A DNA stretch of 61,892 nucleotides, counting the filler, from Choristocarpus tenellus KU-1152 (lineage: Eukaryota; Protista; Phaeophyceae): NCBI GenBank assembly GCA_964200185.2. It is 14 parts of 14 records of this genome, joined end to end, with 100 filler letters (N's around TTAATTAATTAA, not from the genome) between each part and the next. Parts side by side here need not be neighbours in the genome. Positions count along the whole stretch, not along the records: positions 9,185 to 14,723 come from CAXNAD020010473.1; positions 14,824 to 18,534 come from CAXNAD020018373.1; positions 18,635 to 23,278 come from CAXNAD020013657.1; positions 23,379 to 26,569 come from CAXNAD020021657.1; 10 more parts are not named here. The stretch is one strand, 5' to 3'. Both the position numbers and the translations under genes were made by a program. Positions 12,113 to 24,039 of the stretch are shown piece after piece. The number at the start of each line of letters is the position of its first letter. Position 1 is the first letter of the stretch. A model generated the notes under the pieces. The model was not told the origin of the DNA. It worked only from the letters and a program-made list of their open reading frames with translations, and did no database searches.

Positions 12113-12290
12113 ATTATTATGATTATTATTACTACTATTTTTATTATCATACTACTACTATTACCATAACTTTCACTTTTATTGTTGTTATTATTATTAT
12201 TTCCTACGCGTTAGTCTGGGGATAATTAACCAGTGGTTGGTGCGCTACACAATATTGCACTGCTTCTCCTAGTTGATATTGACCAACTGC
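12113..12290 (-). repeat. Short SINE/LINE 3'-end-like repeat with (AAT)n tail
   Basis: A ~90-nt unit at 12203-12290 followed on the minus strand by an (AAT/AGT)n tail. A second copy is split by the transposon (10522-10567 plus 12072-12112). Confidence 0.6.
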
Positions 12291-13430
12291 TTCACTACAA
12301 CTAATTTTATGTACTACCTCCGTTTCTTGTCTTGCTGCCCGTGGATTGGGTCCAGCACTCCCCATCCCTCATCTCTCAGTCCCCTCCCCCGATCTTCTTT
12401 TGCTGAACCCGCCTCGAAGTTTCCATCTCGATCTTGGTTCGGCGCTTTTTGTGGCATAGCCATTGACTGAGGGCTAGTAATGGTATAAATGTACAATCCG
12501 TTGAGACACGTGGAAGTGGATCATCGGCTCTTGGAATGTGCCTGAAGAAGTCTGGCGTCGAATGGATTCGAACCTGCGAAAACCATTGCATGCAGTCGCA
12601 TCGAAAAATTTCTATCCTAACCATCAAAACATGATGTATTTTTGGTTATACTACTAACATTTTTTTTCAGTTTAGTCCAGGACTACGAACCTACCTCGAA
12701 TGTACCCGTGCTCGACCTGTGGTCATTGGCAGAACAAAGTGAACAACGACATCTCAATAACTGCGACCCTTAACTGTCAGACCACGACTAACTGCACTAC
12801 CTTGTGCATACCATGCATTTTTTCTTGTGTATTGTGTTAAGCCATTTTTCCACCACTCATTCCTCCGTCTCCTTCCTCATATCTTGCGCCGTGTTTGACT
12901 GAACGCTATGATGACCTGCCACCACGATTCAGCTTTCTATGTACACATTTTTTGGGTTAGTAACATACAAGATAGTCCAGGTGTACAGATTGTTGTGTTA
13001 ATGAGCAGTTCATCGAAACCAGATGTCCTTGACAAGGATATCTGGCAACAATAGAGCTCAAACCCTCTCCTTCCTTAGCAAGAAGACAGTGCGTAACCAC
13101 TGAGCTACGAGGACGCCCCAACACTGAGGAACCATACTTTCTTGATCAGAACCAGAAGAAATGAGAGTCCCTATGGAAAATGGAGCAAGAGGGAATGATC
13201 TAAGACTATACCCTATTTTCCCTGCGCTGTAACCATTAAAAACAATACCCAGAAGTACCACACAATGTAGTCTCCCCATGATTATACTTCAACGTCCATC
13301 AAATAGTTGGATTTCGATGAGGGCACGGGAATTTTTGGCACTATTGGTTGGTTGATGATTAGCTGGACAACATGATGGCAAGAAATTATCTTTCTGGTGT
13401 ATCAATGGGTAGTGGTATACCTGAAACAAT

Positions 13431-13686
13431 GAGCCAAAGTAATCGTGAGGTACCCAGGTTTGGGGCATTTTGCGTTTTTAGCCACTTTTTTCAGCTTTTG
13501 CGAGTCACTCTTATTTCTATAGATCAACGGCCAAGTCTGACTCAAGAGTACTGATTTCTCTACTGCTTAAAAAAGTTGGAAGAATTCAAAAAAGTGCCAA
13601 TACACATTCACACAAAAAGTCAATTTTTGCTCATTTGTCAGCATCCTTAAATTTCAACCTTGAGTACCTCATATTTGCTTTGGCTC
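13431..13686 (+). mobile_element. MITE type F, copy 1
   Basis: TIRs GAGCCAAAGTAATCGTGAGGTACCCAGG / CCTTGAGTACCTCATATTTGCTTTGGCTC; 3-bp TSD AAT; relative at 39419-39667. Confidence 0.85.
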
Positions 13687-13759
13687 AATATTGTAAAGTA
13701 CCTTCCTACCATATCCACTAACCACCATTTCTTTCCTTTGGTTGGAAGGCACAGAATAA

Positions 13760-14270
13760 CGGTAAACTCCCTTGTCAATTATTTCAAACAGTCGCTGCAT
13801 CAGACACCACAGCATATGTATCTCCTTAGCAGGAAAATGGTCTACTGCTGGATATATGTGGGCTTCACAGACATCCAAGCGGACTGCCGCCTACCAGACT
13901 CATCTACAAACAATAGTGCTGCTGCTTCTGCAGCTGAGACCCGTAAGTGCAATCACTGCGAGGGATCTCTTGACCCTCAAAGTTTCAACCTCAACAAGTT
14001 TGCGGTGCTCCAGGCGTGTTGGCACTTAAGTAGAGCACTTCTGGATGAATAGTCGAGGCTTGTAGGGGATGTAGTAGGTGGGCTGGCAGGTATACCGGGA
14101 AGAGAATAGTGAAAGCACACCTGCGACAGAATGTTTCAGTCACAGCATCACAGGTGGTAGTAATCTCGAGGTGTGTGTTGCACATCAACCTAGCTTGAGA
14201 AACCGAGTTGGTGGGCAAGACAGGCCTTGACAAAGTTAAGGGAGTCTTCCCTTGTTTCTAGAACGCCTTC
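13760..14270 (+). mobile_element. Decayed non-LTR retrotransposon 3' end (restriction-like endonuclease, CRE/R2-type)
   Basis: Peptide DIQADCRLPDSSTNNSAAASAAETRKCNHCEGSLDPQSFNLNKFAV resembles the AAxxAExxKxxHY...F...AVE motif of RLE domains; multiple stops. Confidence 0.55.
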
Positions 14271-14280
14271 ACAGTGTTGT

Positions 14281-14526
14281 GAGTCACATTATCTTAGAGG
14301 GTAGAGCTGCGTCCATTTAGGGGTCAAAAGCCAATGTTGCGATTTTGATGTAATTTTGGCTATCGTGTTTGTTAGGAGATGTCATCCTTGTTCCCGACAC
14401 ACCTTTTCATAACGTATACATTTTACCTACTCCGAAATATTTTGGAGTAGGTTGAATGTCATTAAAAACTCATGGGAAGCAAAGCTCCAAATGGACAAAC
14501 AGGGAAAAACTTAGATACTTTCACTC
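14281..14526 (+). mobile_element. MITE type A, copy 5
   Basis: Same internal sequence; 3-bp TSD TGT; small deletion in the right TIR. Confidence 0.9.
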
Positions 14527-14661
14527 TGTTTCGGAGTAGTATCAGCTGCATTTGATTGGGAGGTATTCTTATTTTCTTGTTTTAGACTAAAACTCTTGTT
14601 GACTTATCAGAAGGCCTACACTATAAGCAATACAGACTTTTGTTGTTATGTTTGTTGTATT

Positions 14662-14723
14662 GACCCAAAGTATCTGGGGGGGGGGGGGGGGCTGTAACCC
14701 GGGGTGTCGCTTTGGGGGATAAC
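14662..14723 (+). mobile_element. MITE end (same TIR family), truncated by linker
   Basis: GACCCAAAGTATCTG followed by a G-tract. Confidence 0.7.
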
Positions 14724-14825
14724 NNNNNNNNNNNNNNNNNNNNNNNNNNNNNNNNNNNNNNNNNNNNTTAATTAATTAANNNNNNNNNNNNNNNNNNNNN
14801 NNNNNNNNNNNNNNNNNNNNNNNGA

Positions 14826-16511
14826 GGGGCAGGGGGGACTCCAACAGGGCAACAGCAGCAGTCGCAAGCATATACCCCCCCAAGAAGCAAAGTAGGAGAC
14901 ATAAAAGAGGCTTGTAGGGCACAGGCTGGGGGCACCTCTTGCAGAGATACCAGAGGCCAAGTAGGAGGAGAAGGCAATATGGGCAAGCACTGGGGTGGGG
15001 GAGGTGTAGAGGGGAGTAGGGGAAGCCCGGGCAACTTGTTAGGGCTTGGGGGGCAGGGTGTGTGCAAGCTGGATGAAGGAAAGGCTATACACCGATCATC
15101 ACCTCATGAAGACCAGAGTTTCTCCCGTCAACATCGGAGTCTCTCGTGCCCTCCCTCTCTTGGCCTGGAACAAGGCCAATATCACATTGAGGCTCAAGAT
15201 CTTAGAGCTCAACATGTTACGACCGGTAACCTTATTGACGGCAGGCCTTGGCTGACTGCTGCTTCCACAACTTGCACAGGAGTCCACACACAAGGAGGCC
15301 TGGTCAACAGTCCTGGGCATAGCCCAGGGGCCAACCCTGGCCCTCATGTCCATCACTGTGCCTACTCTGCACCAGTACGTGCCGGCAGCATGAAACCTTT
15401 GCAGGAGGCAAGGGGATTGGCATCAAGGGCCCATGCCTTGAAGGTTGGGGAGGAAACAGAAGATAGGCTTGCCCTCATGGTCCTGGAGAGAGCCCGAGTG
15501 GTGGGCAAGAGGGCCATTATGGTGGTGACCCTGGCCGACGAGGCTGCACAAGAAGCCTTGGCACTAGAGCTCCCCTCTCCCAGAAATTGGGGTAGCATGC
15601 CAATTGGTAACAGTGGCGGTGATGATGGTGATGATGATGATGATGGTAACCGTAGGAGGGTTGACAGTGACCCAGCATACCATGACAGGCGGCGATATGT
15701 GAGACTGACTGAAGCCCTGGCACTATACATGAAGGCTTCTGGGATGCTTAGAGGTGCTCTGCCAGGGTTGCTGGAGGTGTTGGGCCAGTCTGAACAGGCG
15801 TTGGCAGCTGTGGTGGAAGAGGAATTCCAAGCAGAGACAGGCGTGGTCAGGGCGATCCACAAAGACTCTTCCTCCTGTGACTACGGGCACCAACAGGAAG
15901 GACAGCAAGTAATCAATAGTGTGCGTCATCAGTTACTGCTGCCACAGTGCACGGTAGTCCTACGAGAGCAAGTGGAGTGGCTGAAAGGTCTCTTCTCCAA
16001 GACCCTGCAACGCACAGAGCAGTGCCAGGTACGCGTGGTCGCAGCAGTCCCTTCTGCACAACACGCCCTGCACACCCCATCACAGTCACAGGCAGCCAGG
16101 GCTGAGGCTGCAAATATTGTCCTTTTCCGTGCAGCTCTTCGACTGACTGAGGATGCCTCTGCCAGCGAGCTCTTGGGTCGGGCAGATGTTGCGATGGCCA
16201 ATTATGACCAAGCACGCATTGTGTTGCAGGTTCTCGTCCTTGAGCCGGCAGATGCAGCAACTGCAGCAGCGACAATAGCAGCAGCAATAGCCAACAGCAG
16301 AATGAGGATAGACAGACAGGGCGAGGAATTAGTTGCAGCTGCTGCTGCTGCCGAAAGAGCTTCAGCTTCAACTGCAATATCAGCTCGTGAGCAGCAGGGA
16401 TCCCGGGTATTCCACATGGCAAACGCACTTCTCCAGCGGGTGAACGCTGTGCTAGTTGATAACAGGGACACACCTGTGGTTGTCCACCAGACTTCCGGTG
16501 GGATTCAGTGA
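14826..16511 (+). CDS. ATG1: Serine/threonine kinase ATG1/ULK, C-terminal part (tandem MIT / EAT domain); last exon, 5' part lost at linker
   Basis: The frame is open from the contig start to TGA at 16511. Motifs occur in the Atg1 C-terminal order: LERARVVGKRAIMVVTLADE, EALALYMKASGML (cf. EALVLYVKALSLL), VEWLKGLFSKTLQRTEQC (cf. VQWIRxRFNExLEKAE), VLFRAALRLTEDASASELLG...YDQARIVLQVL (cf. LMYDRALEMSRxAAxxEL..YxxAxxMLEAI). Confidence 0.8.
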   Translation, partial: GAGGTPTGQQQQSQAYTPPRSKVGDIKEACRAQAGGTSCRDTRGQVGGEGNMGKHWGGGGVEGSRGSPGNLLGLGGQGVCKLDEGKAIHRSSPHEDQSFSRQHRSLSCPPSLGLEQGQYHIEAQDLRAQHVTTGNLIDGRPWLTAASTTCTGVHTQGGLVNSPGHSPGANPGPHVHHCAYSAPVRAGSMKPLQEARGLASRAHALKVGEETEDRLALMVLERARVVGKRAIMVVTLADEAAQEALALELPSPRNWGSMPIGNSGGDDGDDDDDGNRRRVDSDPAYHDRRRYVRLTEALALYMKASGMLRGALPGLLEVLGQSEQALAAVVEEEFQAETGVVRAIHKDSSSCDYGHQQEGQQVINSVRHQLLLPQCTVVLREQVEWLKGLFSKTLQRTEQCQVRVVAAVPSAQHALHTPSQSQAARAEAANIVLFRAALRLTEDASASELLGRADVAMANYDQARIVLQVLVLEPADAATAAATIAAAIANSRMRIDRQGEELVAAAAAAERASASTAISAREQQGSRVFHMANALLQRVNAVLVDNRDTPVVVHQTSGGIQ

Positions 16512-19500
16512 GTGTTGCCGTAGGTTGATAATGAGGACAATATGCTACAGGGGCAAGGACAGGAAAAATTCAAGAGCTCTCCTACCAGTAAGCCCAGGTG
16601 TGGAGAAAATTAGTGCTTGGCTCTTGCTGGACAATGGACACGATTTTGCCTGTGGCACCAAGGAGTCGAGTTATGTGGTAAAAGGAAAGCACTCACCTAT
16701 CACGTCTCAGAAGCATGCAGTTGCCCTCAACTACGGTGATTTTCAGGGTTACTGGGGCAGATATCTCATTTGGTTTCTTGGTTCTACCCTAGCTGCCATG
16801 GTGATGCAGCCCACGAAGGAAAATGGGGGTTATTTAGAGGTTGCAAGGATAGGTGAGAGGAAATTAATCCAGTCCCAAAGTCTTCTGACTTGCAGATAAG
16901 GCAATTGCCTGTGTATGCGAAGGAGGGGAGGGAGGTGACCCTGTGTGTGCACATATGTGTGCACGAGCACAAAAGAGTAAGCAAGGCAGACCAGGAACAT
17001 TCTTCACTGTCTTGAGTCTGGTTATGGTCAGAGTGAAGCAGACTCTGTACATGATTACCGATTTCCTACCAAGTTTTAGTATCTTTCAGAGCGACTGAAT
17101 GGGCGGACATGCTTTGTGGAAAGCGTTTATTTCGTGCAGTCAACTATCCTCAAAATGTTTGGGTGCAGAGAGCTCGCTGTCATTTTTTTTTGTATTTAGG
17201 ATTGCACATTAGCCAAGGAGAGGACATGTTGGGCATCATACTGCATGTATATTTTTACTGTGAACATAGGTGCTCCATTATTGTATGTGTCCCTAGTGCT
17301 CCTGTATGCAAGCATTGGGTTGCTCACGACGGAGAGGCCCGTCGGGAAAGGCATGCACTTCCGGCCTTTCATTTTCTGGTAATGGTGCTTGATTGATTGG
17401 TAGGAAGTTTCCAGTGAGTTTGTCTGTGGCCTTCTCTTCGTTTCGGGTTTGACTACGTCACATCTCCTCACTCCCCCGCCCCCTCCTTGTTGCAATGGAG
17501 CCAGGTGTACAGCCCGTGCGAGATCCAATTCTACCCTCTCTAACCCTCCCTGATACCCCACCCTGGCATCCATGCATAGATGGTGGCAAAGATACTGAAA
17601 ATCATTGCAACTCTTATTTTCACACTATAGTCGTGCTTGCTCCATTTGAGTGTGTTTGTGGTGTTAGAAATAGCTATATCAATGTGTCATATGTTCATCG
17701 TTTTGATGCTGGAAGATATCTCATTTGCTTTCCTGATGGTTTATAGTATTCTGGAGTAGGCTGCATGCCAGACACATGCACATATATGTATGTATATCAG
17801 CAGCATGGATACATCATGCAGAAGACAGAAAATTTCCTGTTCTAGAGATTAATCTATTGTAATCTGGACAGGGGAAGGGGAGGATGGAGGGGTAGAGTAG
17901 GCAAGTGTGTATGCTCCTTGCGTGTGCGTATGTATAACATTGTTCAAGAGGAGTTTGAGGGATGAACGCATAGGTTTTCATTTTGACAGCCCCTTATTTT
18001 TCTTCGTGTTGATTGGGTAACGTCTGGGATCTGCTCAGCAATATCGTGTAGGTCTTGCTGCCTTTCCCGCCTGTTGCTTCTCCTCACACTTGCGTTGCGC
18101 CAAAGAAAAGGACACGTATTATCAGAGGGTACGTTATTTTCCTGAACTGGGCGAGTTTTTGTTGTGTTGACTTTGTTGTGTCTGCATAGTACATTTAGGC
18201 GTTTTGTTGGAGTGTTTTCTTTACTCTGATCATATTCAGCCACGAGTACTGTTATTTTTGCTTGAAGATGAAAAACTTAAACACAAATAATACTACATCA
18301 TATATTAAAGTTCTAGTATCACAGGGTTGGATAATAATCTACTTGAAACAGCTATCTATTATGAAGGATCACCAACAGTCGAGGAGGTATTTGTATATAC
18401 CGATAGAAGTGCTTTCATGCCATTTGTGTATTTCTAGAATTCATTATCTTATCATCACATGCACTGATGATGTGGTTAAATCCAGACTACGCCAAATTGT
18501 TTCGGTGACTACGCAAGTGGCATTGTCTCGACGTNNNNNNNNNNNNNNNNNNNNNNNNNNNNNNNNNNNNNNNNNNNNTTAATTAATTAANNNNNNNNNN
18601 NNNNNNNNNNNNNNNNNNNNNNNNNNNNNNNNNNGTAGTGGAACTAGTAAATAGTTCACGATCACTTTGGACGGGCGTTGCGTGGTCAAGGTTAGAAGCA
18701 GATAACTCATATTCCTTTTGACCACGTGTGGTAAATGTACGACTACCTTCAGGCACATTACGACAGATTGGTGCCAGCATTGGAGCAACGGATTTCTCCT
18801 GTTCCTCAAACTTGAAAATACGAGATAGAGTATCAGGTATAACGTTGAGCTTACCGGGCATGTGTTTGACTCTGAAATCATAAGCTTGAAGAGCAATAGC
18901 TCAACAAGTAAGCATTTTACTGGTATCCTGCATTCTATACAAGTAACACAATGCGGCATGATCTGTGATGCAGGCGAAGTGGTGAAGTGTCTACCCCAAA
19001 GATACGGTCGCCAATGCGTGATGGCTGTAACGACTGCATAACACTCTCTTAATGTAGCTGAATAATGACGTTGAACATCATTAAATTTCTTGCTGAAGTA
19101 TGCAATGATACTTAGGTCTGCAGGATTATCGGATCGAGGTTGTGCTAAAAAACCTCCAGCACCACTCTCACCGGCATCAACATGGATGATGAATTCTTTT
19201 GTAAAGTCAGGAAACACAAGAACCGGGGTAGTAGTGAGTAATTGTTTTACTATAAAAAATGCCACATCCTGGTCCAATCCCCATTCTTTATCCACTCTCT
19301 TATTAACACCTTTCTTAGTGAGAAGAACTAACGGTTGATTACTGTGGCTAAGTTGGGTATGAATTTACACACAAAATGTATCATACCTAGGACAGATCGA
19401 AGTTCTTTGATAGTGGTGGGTTTGGGTAATTCAGTGATTGCACGGACACGATCCTCACCGATACGAATCCCTTCAGACGATAAAATGTGGCCCAGGTAAC

Positions 19501-19920
19501 GTACTTCTTTGGGTCCAAACTGCATCTTTCAAAGTTAAACCTGCTGCTTGTAACGCTTTGAACTGCTGCTCTAGTAAGTGTATATGTCCTTCCCATTTGG
19601 GAGAACAAGCAATCAGATCATCCATGTAAACTAGCCACCCACTCAATGGACCAAAGTTGGCAAATGCTAAGGACATGATTCTTTGAAATTGCCAAGGGGC
19701 ATTTGTTATCCCAAAGGGCATCCTCTTAAAAGCGTATTTGCCTCTAGACGTGACAAAAGCGGTTTTATCAATATCATCCTCAGCAACAGGAATCTGCCAA
19801 TATGCACTCTGAATATAACAAAAGGTGATAAATTCGCACCCCCAACAGTATCAACATGAGACTCTATATCAGGCATAGGCCAAGACTGTCGAACAAGGTG
19901 TTTGTTAACAGTTGACCTAT

Positions 19921-20102
19921 AGGTCGAAGTATCTGGGGGGGGTGTGTCGGCGTCCGTTTTTCACCCTTTTTTCGATTTGCACCTTTTTTTTGTGTGATTT
20001 GGTCGCACGTGTCGGATTTGAAATGTCATAAACAAAAAGAGTCGTTTGACCGAAACGGACGCCCCTACACAAACCACCACCCCCCCCCAGATACTTTGAC
20101 CC
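19921..20102 (+). mobile_element. MITE type C inserted in Gypsy RT
   Basis: TIRs AGGTCGAAGTATCTGG / CCAGATACTTTGACCC; 4-bp TSD CTAT. Removing it restores FCVDYRSTVNKHL. Confidence 0.93.
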
Positions 20103-23100
20103 CTATAGTCCACACAGAATCTTGGGGAACCATCAGATTTGGCCACAATAGTAACAGGACTACCCCAAGGGTTGGCACGTTTTTCGATGATGCTTTGTTC
20201 CTCCATAGTATTAACACACGAGTCAATTACTTGTTGAGTACGGGGGGTTTGCTCTGCAAGGGTTCCTGTCAACAGGTTTGGTACCAGGCTCTATAGGAAT
20301 TTCTGCTTCAGCTAGGGTACATCTGCCTAGTTCTGCTGCATTCAACGAAAATACCGATCTATAACGAGCACAGAGGTCTAAAAGTTGAGACACTTGTGAC
20401 TGATTGAACGTGGTATCTTTGAATGCGTTTGACTTGGTGAAGGCTTGATGTAACTCCTCTCTAGCTTTACTGAATGGAGCAGAATCAGTATTTAGAGCAC
20501 TAACAGTAATTGGTACCTGATCTGAAATAGGGGTTAAGTGACCTATCACAAGATGCTTCCTGATACTACTTTTCGTGTTGTTGGATTTGCCATTTGAACC
20601 AATACTGATCTATTACTTGCTGACCAAGTACTGAGAGTGCGAGCAGCTACGATACAATTCCATGGATGTGTAGGTTCAGTGGTTTGATCTACAGCAGGCA
20701 TGGAGTGTATGACTGGCTCCACTACTAAGACAGTATCCAATGACGGACTAGTATCATTTGTGCAACATACGATGATTTCATGACCAGGTGGTATGTTATA
20801 CTGTTTATGTACACGAACAGGTATAGGGTCAAAATCATGTTGCACACTCACCACAGAACACTAAAGAGTTGTACTTGTATCACGTACTTGAGTGGGGTTC
20901 CTTGTCATATGATGTCTTGCTGGAATGGTACATGAACTGTTGTGAAATGAAAGACGTTGTTCTTGCCAATCAAGGATTGCACCGAATACCTGCATAACAC
21001 TATTATCAAGCAGAATTTTATTGGGACCAAGTAGGGGAATCACTGAAGCTTCAACTGGCAATGTGGTGTCGCCAAGTGTAAGTGCAAAACGAATAAATCC
21101 ACGAATATGCAAAGGTGAACCATTTGCTGCACGTAGATTTATTGCACCAGGTGGGACAGGATGCACACCAAGACGTTTCAGTTGAGGGTGATTGCGAACA
21201 AATATTTCAGAAATACATGGTACATCACTGGCTGTGTCGATTGCCAAGTCATTTTCCTCTTGTTCTTCAACGGTGCCAGGTACACGCACCCTTTGTGATG
21301 AAAACGACAAAGGTTTGGGCATGGATGGATATCTTCACAAAGAACTGTTGAACCAAGTTTCATTATTATTACATGGGTTTGGTTGAACTAATGGCAAGAA
21401 AAATGCTTAGTGACACGCGTGCAGGCAATAAACAATGCCTGTGGGGCAAGAGGTGTGACTGGTGTCAACCTCTGATGCTTGCCACTCCCTGTGATGGTGT
21501 CAACAACAACACCATGGCTGTTCCCAAGTGGAGGAGTCAAATCCACCTGGGCACCCCTAGGGACGCGGACCATAATGGCCAGGTGTTGACTCACTGTCCT
21601 CACGAACACGAACGCGACTTCCACGACCGCTACCTCTACAATGCAAGTATGGCAAACGAGCACCCTGCGGATTGTCCAGGCACGACTGGGTTTTGTGACC
21701 CTCACGAGTCGCTGCCTGGCAACCCGGGTACTGGCACACACTATTTTGCTGATCCATGGTTTACGTCGAGTTGGACAGTGAGGCTGAATAGGACGGCGTG
21801 TCTTGTGGTCGCATTGGTCTGTCAGTGTGCCTGGCTGTGGGAGGTGGACCCGTCGACGACCGAGCTGGGGCCCTGTTGAGGGTTGCCTCCCCTGCTCAGT
21901 GACGTTCCACCTCCGTACAGAGCCGTTGGCACTCTCGTTGTGATTGCTCAAGTTCGCTATGAGGAACCTGTCCGCGACGAGAATTGTGGGTCACAGCACT
22001 TGTGTAAGTTACAGGGTTGGGGTTATGGCCAGACAAACAAATGGTTAGCTTCATGCCGTTTGGCACGGTCATGAGCTTGTGCAAACGAGGTTGCAGGTTC
22101 GTCCCGAATCTGTTCAAGACAAATCGCGGGGAGTAAGCCATCCTCCATCAGTGTTATCTCCAGTTGCTTGACAAGCAAAGCTTTCGTATCAACTGCATCT
22201 GAGGATAACGTTGTGCGATGAACATCATCCAAAAAACGATTCATTGCTGTGGTGCAATGTAAAGTATATTGATCAACGGACTCATTCTCCGCCTGTTTCA
22301 AAGACGTTAGTTGACAAGCTGATACACTTACAGCATGGGTGGGAGTGAACGCAGTGATCAGGGCTTTCTGGACATCATCCCACATCTTTGGGGGTGTAAT
22401 GGGGACGGGAGTGTCAAGAGACGATTGCAAACGAGCCAGATCACTGGTTGAACGCCACTCTACTCTGCCTGCCAACGCCTGAAAGTAAAACGTTTCAGCT
22501 GGACCTTGAAGAATTTTCGGTAAAAATTCTACACATCGAGCGTTGATTGTCTCAGGGGATGCGGAGCCATATTGCCTAGAGTGCAAGGAAATTGCCACGT
22601 GCCATTTGGAAAACAAGAGTGGCGAATTTTCTTCTCCCGAACCTGTAATGACAAGACCAGATGGTATTTCCGAAGCGGAAAACCTGAAACGACTCGCTTC
22701 TGACATTGATGGCGGATGTGCGGCGTCACTACTCTGTGTGAGGGGTCTTACATGTTCGGCATCCATTCCCCGAGCTTGTAGCTTCATGAAATCCTGAAGT
22801 CATCCAGGAGGCACCGTGTTTGTTCTGGCGCACTCGTTAACGTGGTGTGTGATGTACGATGGCACAGCATCTCCGAACTGTGCCTGTGACATGGCCACCT
22901 CACAAGTAGTCGAACTTGGTGGTGGAACTGGTTCTCCCTGGAATAGGACCCGATGAGTGTCACGGTCGCCCGAGCTAACACGATGCTCTAGGGTCGACGA
23001 CACGGGTCTGATATTCGCCTGCCGAGCTGTAAGAGGGGAAGGGGGGATCCACGATGCCGTTCAGCAAGTATGGTGGTGCTGGATGACGTGGAGTCAATAC

Positions 23101-23252
23101 TGGACGCGTCAGAGTCGAGGTGGGTGGAAGACTCCATGTCTTCCATTGACTCGTGATCTTGAGCCTCTTCTGGTGCCCTTGATGGTGCCAGATCTGGGGT
23201 TCTCCGCTCTTGGGCCCTTCGTCTCCGTCTCGATCTAGGGTTCGGCATCTTT

Positions 23253-23268
23253 CCTCCGCGGTCAACCA
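23253..23268 (-). promoter_or_regulatory. Putative Gypsy primer-binding site
   Basis: TGGTTGACCGCGGAGG lies upstream of gag, next to the contig end; the cognate tRNA was not identified. Confidence 0.35.
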
Positions 23269-24039
23269 GAAATGCCCCNNNNNNNNNNNNNNNNNNNNNN
23301 NNNNNNNNNNNNNNNNNNNNNNTTAATTAATTAANNNNNNNNNNNNNNNNNNNNNNNNNNNNNNNNNNNNNNNNNNNNCACTTTCTCCTGTCCCCCTTTC
23401 CCCCCCCCGCCGCCCCCCCCCCCCCCCCCCAAACATACACACCTCGAAACATGTGCGTTACTCTGCAGGGGAATATTTCACCGATGTCTGCATCCACTAC
23501 TCGGACAAAATGGTGGGAAGACAGGTATGGGGTATGGAATGCGCTCTTTCTTTTCATGCCTTTGACAGTACAGGGTATATCATTCCCAATGTAGTGGGGG
23601 TATGCTGTACCCTTCTGGGCAAAGTTTAGGGTTAGGGGCAGAAGGCAAGGTGAGGTGAGGTGAGGTGAGGTCAATCTCACTCGTGGGGTAAGAGGTGCGT
23701 TGTCTGTCTCATGGACCCAGATATTTGTACTGGAAATTAGCGCCTATTTATTTTTCCGCAATTTGGGTGTAAACGTATGTTTCATAACATGACGCCTTTT
23801 ATGTATTGCATGTTTTGTAGATTAAAAGTATCTGCCCCTGTGTGTGAACGATGCTGAAGGAGTTGTTTGCTTGACAGCAATTCCGTTCTATTGGTTGACT
23901 CTGATATGCAGACTTATCCTATTGGTCTGTTTTTTTGCTTTTCGCATACTTCCTTGTACCCCTCAAGCTTGGCGTGCATTTATTCATCACTTTGATGAAT
24001 CATCCCTCTATACATGTATGTACCTGTTCGTTTTTGTAG

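Larger units (their letters stand above)
18635..23278 (-). mobile_element. Ty3/Gypsy LTR retrotransposon, decayed (gag-PR-RT-RNaseH), truncated at both linkers
   Basis: Gag-like ORFs 22023-22981. Protease LAIDTASDVPCIS (20861-21322). RT motifs PWGSPVTIVAKSDGSPRFCVDYR, MPFGITNAP, YMDD (19328-20272). RNase H motifs IHVDA..GAGGFLAQ, YSATLRECYAVV (18900-19295). Many frameshifts. Confidence 0.95.

Noticed and set aside
15362-16473. Long minus-strand ORFs overlapping ATG1
   Set aside because: Antisense shadows of a GC-rich exon.
23624-23671. TTTAGGGTTAGGGG and (GTGAG)4, and CCCTGACCCTAGCCTAACCC at ~26808, as telomeres
   Set aside because: Only 2-3 degenerate interstitial units.
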